The notes beneath the pieces were generated by a model, which worked only from the letters and a program-made list of their open reading frames with translations, was not told where the DNA came from and did not search any database. A program made the translations under genes and the position numbers. Below are positions 53,501 to 64,000 of a stretch of 64,000 nt of DNA, in pieces. Within the stretch, counting starts at the first letter, position 1. Each line of letters begins with the position of its first letter. This DNA is from Mobula hypostoma (lineage: Eukaryota). The DNA lies in NCBI RefSeq assembly GCF_963921235.1, contig NC_086108.1, positions 74,588,001 to 74,652,000 of the forward strand, in the 5' to 3' direction.

Positions 53501-54007
53501 GTCACCTCACTACAGGAAGGATGTGGAAACCATCGAAAGGGTGCAGAGGAGATTTACAAGGATGTTGCCTGCATTGGGGAGCATGCCTTATGGAGACAGG
53601 TTGAGTGAACTTGGCCTTTTCTCCTTGGAGCGACAGAGGATGAGAGGTGACCTGATAGAGGTGTATAAGATGATGAGAGGCGTTGATCGTGTGGATAGTC
53701 AGAGGCTTTTTCCCAGGGCTGAAATGGCTGGAACAAGAAAGCACAGGTTTAAGGTGCTTGGGAGTAGGTACAGAGGAGATGTCAGGGGTAAGTTTTTTTA
53801 CGCAGAGAGTGGTGAGTGCGTGGAATGGGTTGCCAGCAACAGTGGTGGAGGTGGATACGATAGGGTCTTTTAAGAGACTTTTGGATAGGTACACGGAGCT
53901 TAGAAAACTAGAGGGCTATGGGTAACCCTTGTAATTTCTAAGGTAGGGACATGTTCGGCACAACTTTGTGGGCCGAAGGGCTTGTATTGTGCTGTATGTT
54001 TCTATGT
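50577..54007 (+). mobile_element. Near-full-length CR1 LINE (ORF1 esterase, ORF2 APE endonuclease and RT), disrupted
   Basis: ORF1 SGNH motifs VIGDSIVRG, VVHIGTND and DGLHLN; APE motifs YFNARSI, DFNFP and SDH; RT motifs YRPVSLTS, YMDFSKAFD, PQGSVLGP and KFANDT; CR1 3' tail; multiple stops and frameshifts. Confidence 0.95.
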
Positions 54008-54614
54008 AGTGACACCTGTGGAATACTTGGGAATTTTTTTTACATCAATTATAACTTTTAGGCTCTTATCAGTGTGAGAGAAACCAGAAAGGGCATCTGC
54101 CCTTAAAATAAAGTAGCCTGTAAATAGCTGGGCAATTAAAGTGAAACCAATTGAGCACAAATTGCTGCAGGTACCCCAGAAATAAACCTTGACTGAAGTT
54201 ATGTTTGTGTCATGAAGCCTAAACAGGTATTAGGTGTGCTTACAGGATTTGAAAATCCTCAAATATTTTAACCAAGTTTTGATTGAGGCAACTAGAAAAG
54301 TCCATTTTCATTATGTGCACTCTTCAACCAGCCTTCTGGAATATTAGAACAGGAAGCCTCATTCAGAAATTATGTAAGAGGAGGAGGTCATTACAGAAGT
54401 GCACAGCATGGAGCTGAACAAAATGAAAAGTGTAGCTGGGAGGAAATTCTGAACCCGAGAATGCTTAATAGAAATGCTTAAGTATTTAAGGAGGTAAAAG
54501 AGGGACAGTGTTTCTCCTTGAATCAGATACTGTGGTATCCTATCAAAACAAGCCAGCAAAGTATAGATCTGGTAAGAGAATGACCAGATAGCATGGTTGT
54601 TTGGTCTCTTTCTG

Positions 54615-54925
54615 AGAACTAGAGATAGGGTAGATAGTAAAAAGCTTTTTCCCGTGGTACAGGTGCCTATGACTAGAGGGCATAGGCTTACGGTGAGTAA
54701 AATACATTTGAGGAAGATTTTTTTTTACCCAGAGGGGTGGTTACCATTTGGGAAGCACCACTTGAGAAGGTGGTGGAGGCAGATACTTCCACAATGATTA
54801 AGAAGCATTAGACTAGCACTGGAATCACCAAGGCATGGCAGGCTACAGACCAAGTGTTAGTATAGATGGGTGTTTGATATTTGGTATGGACTGGGTGGGC
54901 CAAAAGGCCTATTTCTGTTCTGTAA
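54615..54925 (+). mobile_element. CR1 3' fragment
   Basis: DRVDSKKLFP...TRGHRL; GGGCCAAAAGGCCT tail. Confidence 0.75.
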
Positions 54926-56099
54926 ATGGCTACTTTCCAAGGGTATAACCTATACAGTAAATGATTCTCACTAAGTGTGCACATAAAGCAAAAACTTCTG
55001 TGAAAGTTTGCTTTCTCCTTGGCCATACCACTTTTATCTTAATGAAGTATTCCCTTATTTCAGTTGTGAGAACTTAGAAATACTACTAGAATTATAAAGC
55101 ACTACAATCATTCCATTCTGTTTTTACATTAAATAATCCTACTTCCATCTTGAAAAATAAGCTTTCTTTTTAACTTGAACATGCTTGCTGGGCATAACCT
55201 CATTTAAAATCTAACTGATTGGAAGTGACTAGCTCCAATGTTACTCAGGTTGAAGTCAATGCCAGAAGTATCTCTACTTCAGTGGTAATATTGCAAAAGT
55301 AGTTATTTCTGGTGAGCCCGCTACATTTTTTGTATCTATGGCAACATCACAGCTATGTTGATTGGCTGTACTTGTCAGGATTATGTAAGGTTGTGTATAG
55401 TACTCGTTCTCAGTTTACGATGTGTTGAAGAGGCTATCAGGATTCACAAATACTAGCTTAACCAGCTTTAAAGAGTTTAAAAGAGGAGAGAATGGTTACA
55501 GTAAAGAAAATGTAAAAAAAAAGGACAGTTTAATAAAATTGCACAAACTTTGGAAAGCCTGGGATAACCAAAAGGTCTTGACATGAGAAAGTTTAGTTAC
55601 TTTTAAGCTTTGGTTGATAAAGAGTCTGGGTTGGATTGTGCAGATTCTGTAAAAGACTTAAGTGATTCTTTCAGTCCACAATGTTCCAGACGTGGTAGAA
55701 TCATTGTGCCTCAGCCTCCAGGGTAGTTTCAATTTCTGTTTAGAATGCATGTCCAAGAGCAAGGCATGAGGGACTGAAATAGTTCCGAGGTAATTTCTTG
55801 CCCCAGCCCACCTATTTTAGCAGGGATGAATTATCCTTTTGTAGCATGCAACACAAGAAATATTTTGTTGCTTGAATTCTTTAACTTGCATTATGGGTCA
55901 TATGCAATCTGCAATGTGGATAATGGACAAATGATGCTGCTGTTCAGGAATATTTCAAAATAAAGCCAGAAATTAAGTCTTCTGTATTCCATTCACCACA
56001 ATCTCTGTCAAAAGATAGATCAAATGATAGACCTTACTGATTGTTCATTAGTCCTTCAACTTTGGATGTAAATTCAGAGTTAGTCCAGATTAATAGGAT

Positions 56100-56624
56100 G
56101 AAAATCTGCACTGTAGACTTCAGCAAGATGCTTGATGAAGTTCCACTGGTAGGCTGCTATGGAAAGTAAGGTTGCTGAGATCCATGGAGCCAATTGGAAA
56201 TACAATTGGTTTGATAATAGGAAGCAGAGGGTGATGGTGCAAAGTTATGTTTCAGACTGGAGGCCCATGACTAGTGGTGATTACTAGAGGCCAGTACAAG
56301 GCCTAATGCTATTTGTCATCTATATCAATGATTAGGATGAGAGTGTACAAGCATTGATAGTAAGCCTGCAGATAACACTAAATTAGGTAGTGTCATTGAT
56401 TGTGAAGATGGTAACCAGGATTTACAGAGGGATCTTGATCAGCTGGGTGAGTGGGGTGAGAAAAGGCAAATGGAGTTTAATTCAGGTGAATGCAAGGTTT
56501 TGGGGAGGACAAATGAGGGTAGAACTTTCACAGTGAACACTGGGGCCCTGGGATGTGTTCTAGAATGGAGTGACCTAGGAGTACAACCACATAGATCACT
56601 GAATGTGGTGTCGCAAGTAGACAG
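56100..56624 (+). mobile_element. CR1 RT fragment interrupted by the Gypsy LTR
   Basis: DFSK..., WRPMTSG, IYIND, QMEFNSGEC and DLGVQ motifs. Confidence 0.8.
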
Positions 56625-59095
56625 TGTTGTGTACTTGATATTTCAGTTGTATTTGAGTCATATTGTAAATATATTGTTTGATTAAGCACTCTTATTAGTT
56701 TAAATAATTCATTACGGGTTATATGTAAAAATAAGCCAACTGATGCTACCACGTGATAAGTGCATGCCTCACTTAAAAGTAAAATCGAATGTACACAAGT
56801 TGTCTCCCCGCTCCATTGCTTTCCTTTCAGTTAGTTTTTGTGTTTTGGAAGTACAAAGCATAAAAGTAGTGACGTGGAAATTTTAAACAAACCCGAGATG
56901 TCTGCCTACCTGTTGAAGCGCAGCGAGGCGTTAGAGATTTAAAAAAAAGGAGACAGATGATAGAATTTTAAAAAAGGCAGAAAAAGGACAAATTCAAGGG
57001 TTCTTGAGCAGTGAATAACGGCTGATAATAATCAAGAAATTGAAAAAAAACGGAAATAGCTAGCTACATTTGAAAGGTAGACATGTTTGATTGTTTAAAG
57101 TATAACTGGCTCATGTATACTGAGCTAACTGAGAAGGATTTTGAAGCAAATGAGATGGCCAATGAGAAGTGAGTGTCAGTTTTTCTGAGTGCATTGGGGT
57201 TAAAGGCATGCAGTTTGCTTAAAAGTTTGACTACTCCAACCAAACCTGCTGAATTGAGCTTTGTTTAGATAGTGAAAGTAATACAGCTACATTTAGAACT
57301 GAAACCATTGTTGATTACAGAATGCTTTGTGTTTCATAAGTGGAATCAAAAGGAAGGGAAGTCCATTTCAAAGTGAACATGAACAAAATTGCAACGTCTA
57401 AACAGAAACCGGCCAGGCCAAACAAATTGTGTGTTGTGGCAGGGGCTCACATACTCCAGACCAATGCAGATTTAAAGGTGAAGCTTGCAGAACATGCAAC
57501 AAAGTAGGATACATACAAAGAGCATGTTGGGCAGACAAAAATAAATGAAATGCACAGGGAAGAGAAATAGGATTAAAAATCAAGTTGCAGTTACAAAAAG
57601 AGCACTAATCTGCATGCTAATGATGAAAAATCTGATAATGATGAGAGTGACACAGGACCAAGTAGCTTTAAGATTTAAAATGTGAAAACTAACAATAGAT
57701 AAGCAATATGGTTTATACCAGAAGTGAACAACAAATTAATTAAAATGGAATTGGCCACTAGTTCAGCTGTTTCAGTCATTCCACAAAATGAGTTTGAATG
57801 CATTTCAAGGATACTGAACTGAAGCCTGCAGCTATCCAACCAAGAACTTGTATTGGAAAAAAACATGATTCCTGTGGGAATTCGTAACAATGAAATACAA
57901 CAAACAAGTCATATTGTGCTTGTATGTTGTAAAGATAGAAGGACCAGCATTGTGGAGCCGTGATTGGTGTGACAGCTACAACTTGATTGGAGATCCATCC
58001 AACATTTGCATGCCACATCCACTGTAATAAAGTCAACTGTAAGCAAATTGAGAAGCTTGCTAGATAATGCCATAGCGCTGTTCAAAAATGGCATTGGAAA
58101 ACTCAAATGTATCAAGGGTAAAATAGCGTTAAGTGAAAATGCCACAGCCAAGTTTAATAAAACCCAACTATTTCCTTATACCATCAGTGATTTGATTAGA
58201 TTAGATTAGATTATGAGGACACGCAGTCCTCTTTTATTGTCACTTAGTAATGCATGAATTAAGAAATGATACAATATTCCTCTGGTGTGATAAAGTAGTC
58301 AGTGATAGTCAGTGAGCTAGTTTGCACTGAGGCTGAAGGAATTCTTTCCAATGTTTGAATGGAGTGCATGGGCAATGCCACTGATCCAATTAGCCAAAAA
58401 GAATGGATCTGTCATGATCTGTGATGATTTTAAGGTCACCATCAACACAGTCCTGAAAGTAGGCCAATACCCTCTGCCTAGGATAGGGGATATCTTTGCA
58501 AACCTTTCTGGAGGAAAACACTTCAACAAAGTAGACTTTGCTGAGGCCTACTTGCCGATGGAGAAAGAAGAAGAGCCCAAAGTGTTAACATAAACACAAT
58601 GGGTTTTATCTCTAAAATAGGCTTATCTTTGGAGTGGCATCTGCACCTGCACTCTGGCAGAAATCTATGGACCAGGTGCTGCAAGGCTGTCCTGGCGCTC
58701 GGTGTTACCTGCATGACATAATTATTACCAGAAAAGATAACGAGGAGCATCCTCCAAATTCTCAGGACAGTGTTAAAAAGATTAGATGATGATGGGCTCA
58801 GAGCATGATGCAACAAGTGTGAATTCTTTACCAAGCATCACTTCCTGTGGTCACACCATTAACCACAGGGATTACACAAGTGTGCTGAGAAAATTCAAGC
58901 AGTAGTGAATGCCCAAGGCCAAAGGATGTGTCACAGTTGTGGTCCTTTTTGGGATTTATCTATTATTATAACAGGTTCCTGCCAAATCTGTTTACTCAAA
59001 CTCATTACCACAGATCAGGAAGAAATGGGAATGGATAAAGCAGTGTGAAGTAGTTTTCCAAAAGGCAAAGGAAATGATGACATCAGACACTGTAC
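56625..59095 (+). mobile_element. Truncated Ty3/Gypsy LTR retrotransposon (5' LTR, gag, protease, RT)
   Basis: LTR-like TGTTGT...CATAAAA (56625-56865) and degenerate PBS TAGTGACGTGG; gag zinc knuckles (CGRGSHTPDQC, CRTCNKVGYIQRAC); protease IKMELATSSAVS; RT KKNGSVMICDDFKVTIN...YPLPRIGDIF and CYLHDII (YLDD site). Confidence 0.88.
58192..58286 (-). mobile_element. Short retro-tail insertion inside Gypsy pol
   Basis: (GATTA)n tail with GTGAT direct repeats at 58187-58191 and 58287-58291. Confidence 0.65.
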
Positions 59096-59099
59096 ATTC

Positions 59100-59250
59100 T
59101 ACATTTAAAATGCACTAGATAGATACATGGATAGGAAGGTTTGGAAGGATATGGATCACATGAAGGTAAATGGGGCTGGCTTAAATGGGAATCTTGGCCA
59201 GTATGGACTAGTTGGGCTAAAGGGTCTGTTTCTGTGCTGTATGACTCTAA
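59100..59250 (+). mobile_element. CR1 3' end
   Basis: ACATTTAAAA...GATAGATACATGGATAGGAAG...CTGTATGACTCTA. Confidence 0.75.
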
Positions 59251-59469
59251 GCATAAAATGATGAAAATACTCACCAAGACAGATAGCATTCATGCTAAGG
59301 GAACAGCAGAGATTTGACAGCTTTTTATCAGAAGCTTTTAGCAGCTTAGATGATTTAATTTCTCATTGCAAATACGCTGAGTATCCACCTACATCAAAGC
59401 TTCAAAAGGGGAAGTTCAATATTCCTACAATAACCTGCTAGTTTCCAAAATTGTTCCTTAAGGTTGTCA

Positions 59470-60035
59470 TAGCCATTGGGTGGTGGTGGGGAAGGTGGGG
59501 TGTTTAGTGGGAATAAGCTCCCACTTACTCTTAAATGACATGCTTCTCAAATAGCCTCAGACAAACAAGTCTTGTTCCTAGCCTTAACATGTGACTTAGT
59601 TACTAAGCCTGGCGGATTGGTTTCTACTGACAGGAGAGGGGACAAAGGTGGGTTACTGGTGCTTTAACATCAGTCACTTCAGGCAGATGAGGCTCGTGAG
59701 TCGTGGTTGGAAGTTCACCTATGAGAAGGGAAAACTCAGACCTCAAACCTCTGCTGTCTTATGGTTATACCCACTCATGAAAGGGTTTGGGAGTAAACCC
59801 TGAGTATAAATCCAGAGCTGGAGTCCCTAAGGCAGTGTTACCTTGAGTTCAGTACTGACTGGCAACTCCTGCAATGCCGCAGGTACCAAACTGTATCCAT
59901 CTCTGCTGTTCCTTTGGATTCGTCGGCTAGCTGGAGAGGGGGAGCTGCTGCAAGGGTAACAGCTTGTGCATTGACTGAACGTAGACAGCTAGGACGCAGC
60001 ATCCATGGCCAACCCTGACCAACGGAGGGCCTCTC
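59470..60035 (+). mobile_element. Unclassified GC-richer interspersed repeat, possibly RTE 5'-UTR-derived
   Basis: Composition shift; GAGAAGGGAAAACTC...TCAAACCTCTGCTG resembles RTE-type leader sequences (recall only). Confidence 0.35.
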
Positions 60036-61919
60036 TCTTCCAGAAGTGAATCTCTAATTGAGAAATGATTGTTGATTAATGGGATGCATCTGCACAGAGA
60101 AAGAAACATTGAAAACCAAGAAAACTTCTCTCCCTAATTTACTTTCCCTTTGTATTTTATGTTTCTGTGAGAAGTTCATTAGAAATTGATTTGTGAGCTC
60201 TTAGCTAGATTTTTATTGGGTACGGATTAACAGCATGAGACTAACTATATATTGACACTTGTCAGTATACTGGCAATCTTGTTCAGAGAAGCCATTAAGA
60301 TGCCTGGTATGAGAAACAGTGAACAGAGTATTGCATAATACAAAGGTACAAAAAGTTTAAAGGTTCATTTATTATCAAAGTATACAACTTGAAATCCTTC
60401 TTCTCCAGGTAGCCATGAAAGCAAGAAGGAAAAGGAAGGGTGCACGATCATCAATCCCCAAAATCTTCCATTCCACAAAAAACAAAGAAGAATGGAACCA
60501 GCACCTTAAACCCCCAATCCCTCCTCCTGCTCAAAAAAAAAATGAACAAAATGGAACAGGCACAAGTGCTCTTAGAAAACTGGCTCAATTATATCCATTT
60601 TGTAGCATTCCAGACTCAGGAGTTCTTGACATGTATTCCAAGTAGATAATTGTTTCAATCTGACCAATTGGCATCTTCAGTTAATGAGCACAATACTGAC
60701 CAAATTCCATAAATTAGAATTTGTGAGTGAACCCAGCATTCGACATCACTGATCCTTTTTATTGGCACCTTAATATCCAATAAAATGCCAATAACATTTA
60801 TAACTAAATGTATAGAACACCTTTGTTCAAATGTGGCTTCTTTGGTCAGAATATCACCAGTGAATCTGAAGCTGAGGATTCAATTCCAGAGATTTGAACA
60901 GGGAGGAATCTCTGCTATGTGGATACAAAATATCCATAGCATTGTTTGGAAGAAGAGCAGGGAAGTTATTGACAGTCTGCTAGTATTTAGCCCTTAATTT
61001 ATTTTCTAATGACTACCTTGTTGTGGATCTGCTATTTTTGAGAGTTTTTGAATTGGCTGCCCTATCTCTTACACCAAGGCTGTGCATACACTTCAGAAGA
61101 TTGTTCCTTGAGTGCAAGATATATGAGATCATAAAAACCATATTGTAATTCTTTTCTCTTTAACATTCCAGAGCAATTTACAAGAGTTATCAAATGAAAT
61201 TATCATTGAGGCTCACTAGATATTACAGCAGAAGAACAAAATCTTAGCCAAAGAGTCTTTAAAACAATTGCCCTGATTTCCTGTGAGAGTTTTTATTAGA
61301 AGTTGTGTGTTCAACCTGGATTGCAGGAAAATCAAGCCTTGGCAGTTGAAGTCATAGTTCCAGTGGTGAAGCAATTAAAACTGGGATGTTCAAGAGCTCA
61401 GAATTGGAGGAGTACCAATGTCTACAGAAGGCTTTGTAGAAAGGAATGTTCAGGCAATTGCTGGATTTGCAAATGCAGGAGGCAGTTTTGACAGCAAGGC
61501 TTTCATTACTGGGGAGTTAATGTTTGTCAAGAAACACAGGGATGATTGGTGACTTGGATATGGTTAAGACAGAAACAGAGTTTCACTGACGATTTTAGGG
61601 TAGCTGGTAATGCACTGGTTTTGAGGTAACAGAGTTTCAACAACAGATTAGCTGAAGCAGGATGGAGATGGGCAGTGTTACAGAGAAGGAAATAGGAAAT
61701 CAATGATATTTTGGATATATAGTTATATGCTTCTTTCAGAGTCAAAATGCCATTTGACTTGGCGGATTTGCCAAGATTGTGAACACTTATTGGTAAATGA
61801 TAGTGCTTTTGGCCAGAAACAAAAGATACTGGCCTTAATCTTCAAGAATGCATGCTTCTTAGCCTACTGCTCAACTGCCTCAACACTTAAGACTGTGTGG
61901 CTAAGCACAGATCAAACAC

Positions 61920-62220
61920 CATTTATAAATTTGCTGATGATACCACTGTTGTTGGTAAATCTCGGACGGTGACAAGGAAGCTTACAGAAGTGATATAGAA
62001 CGGTTGATTGATTGCTGGTGCAACAATAACCTTGCAATCAACATCAGCAAAACCAAGGAATTGATTGTGGATTTCAGGAAGTGGAAGTTGGGAGAACATA
62101 ACAGTCCTCATTAAGGGGTGGAAAGCGTGAGCAACTTCACGTTCCTGAGCAACAACATCGTGAAAGATACATCCTAGGCCCAGCACATTGTTGCAATCAT
62201 GAAGAAGGCACACCAACGTC
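61920..62220 (+). mobile_element. Rex1/Babar RT fragment
   Basis: [12 protein letters not shown]...NNLAINISKTKELIVDFRK. Confidence 0.8.
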
Positions 62221-63087
62221 AAGATTTTATACAACCTTTGGAGTGTTAACTATGTTCATCTTGATCTTGTTCCATACATTTTAAATGGGAATCCTTCCTG
62301 TGTGGAAGTTGTTGTCTTGGATATGGAATGCATTCTTAGTTTTCAACCCTTTTGATAACCCACAGCTGGGTTTATCTCTGAGTATGTACCAGATCGTGAA
62401 GTGAATTTTGAGAGAACAGGCTGTTGAGAGTCAAGTTCACAGTATTATTTTTATTTGCAGAATTGGTTTTCTTTTTCACATTGGTATATGTCTGTCGTTG
62501 TCTGTTTATGTATAGCTTTTTAATAAAATTATATCATTTCTTTTTTTCCCCCATTAATGCCTGGAAGAAAATGAATCTCAAGGTAGTATATAGTAGCATT
62601 TGCACACATTGATAACTTTACTTTTATACCTTTGTGTAATGTTTTAGCTGACACGAACCCATTCTAGTATTAAAGTCGTGCGTGAAGGAGTTTCCATTGA
62701 AGTCACCCCCCCCAAACAAAAGCAAACAGGTTTTATCTTTATTGAATATCATAATTACTTCAAACCCTAAAAGTGAGCTATTTTTCTATTAATTCAGTTT
62801 GTCCTACAATGGTTTTAGCCAATACCAGAGGCACCACATTGCCAAGTTATTGCAGGCAATGCTGCTGTCTCAGATCCAGTGATCCAGGTTTGACTTTGAC
62901 CCCAGGTGTTGTCTGTGTGTACATTCTTCCTGTGGTCATGTTTATATTGGTTTATTATAACTGTCACAAGTAGTGAAGTGCAGTGAAAAACTTTGTTTTG
63001 CAAGCTATCTATACAGATCACTTCATCATGTCAGTACAAGGGTAATAGAACGCAGAATACAGTTTTACAGTTCCTGAGCAAGCTCGA

Positions 63088-64000
63088 GGTTCAAAAGTTC
63101 AAAGTAAATTTATTATCAAATTACATGTATGTCATCATATATAACCCTGAGATTCCTTTTCTTGCGGGCATATTCAGTATTCCAAGTACCATAATAGAAT
63201 CAGTGAAAGATCGCACCCAATAGGATGGACAAACAAACAATGTGCAAAAGACAAACTGTGCAAAAACAAAAGAAAAAGAAAAGTAATATAAATAAATAGG
63301 CAATAAATATCAAGAACATGAGACAAGAAGTCCTTGAAAGTAAGTCCATTGTTTGTAGGAACATTTCAGTGATGGGGCAAGTGAAGTTAATTCTTGCTGG
63401 TTCAAGAGCTTGATGGTTAAGGGGTAATAACTGTTCCTGAACTTGGTGGTGTGGGTTCTGAGACTCATGTGCCATCTTCCTGATGGCAAGCAGCAGCAAA
63501 AAGAGAGCATGACCTGGATGGTGGGTGACCCTGATGATGGATGCTGCTTTCCTGCGGGGAGATATGCTCAACGGTGGGGAGGGCTTTACCCGTGATGGTC
63601 TAGGCTGTGTTCACTACTTTTTGTAGGATTTTCCACTCAAGAGCATTAGTATTTCCATACCAGGCTGTCATGCAACCTGTCAATATCCTCTACGCCATGT
63701 ATCTATAGAAGTTTGTCAAAGTTTTAGATGTCATGCTGAATCTTTGCAAACTTCTAAGGAAGTAAAGGTACTGCTGTGCTTTCTTCGTAATTGAACTTAT
63801 GTGCTGGGCCTGGGACAGGTCCACTGCAATAATAACACTGAGGAATTTAAAGTCACTGAACCTCTTCACCTCTGATCCCCTGATGGACCTCAATAATTAG
63901 CTCCTTGGTCTTGCTGACATTGAGTGAAAGGTTGTTGTTGATGCACCACTCAGCCAGATTTTGAATCTCCCTCTAATATACCGATTTGTCACCACCTTTG
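63088..64000 (-). mobile_element. Rex1/Babar 3' fragment running off the window end
   Basis: FKFLSVIIAVDLS...KKAQQYLYFLRSL; HHPGHALF...SLRTHTTKFRNSYYP; TTCAAA-type tail. Confidence 0.85.

Overview
This is eukaryotic, AT-rich vertebrate genomic DNA. The repeat content (CR1 LINEs, Rex1/Babar LINEs, HE1/V-SINE-like elements, Penelope-like fragments) points to a cartilaginous fish, probably a ray or shark (inference). Only one host-gene exon is recognisable: a 158-bp coding exon at 50100-50257 (+), bounded by AG and GTAAGT, encoding [29 protein letters not shown]..., which matches PLPP3 (PPAP2B/LPP3) exon 2. The rest of the window is most simply read as the large flanking introns. These hold decayed transposons: one near-full-length CR1, many CR1 fragments, a Rex1/Babar element with a 9-bp TSD, a truncated Gypsy element, a hAT-Charlie fossil and an 80-bp MITE, with several nested insertions. 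The most interesting unannotated signals are: (1) minimal type-I hammerhead ribozyme motifs in Penelope-like repeats, the best one on the PLPP3 sense strand and preceded about 300 nt upstream by its own antisense copy; (2) closely related CR1 copies in inverted orientation on either side of exon 2, with possible back-splicing or dsRNA effects. No prokaryotic system, CRISPR array or intact novel protein-coding gene was found. Most ORFs in the track are transposon debris or chance frames. Repeat boundaries and family calls were made by eye and are approximate.
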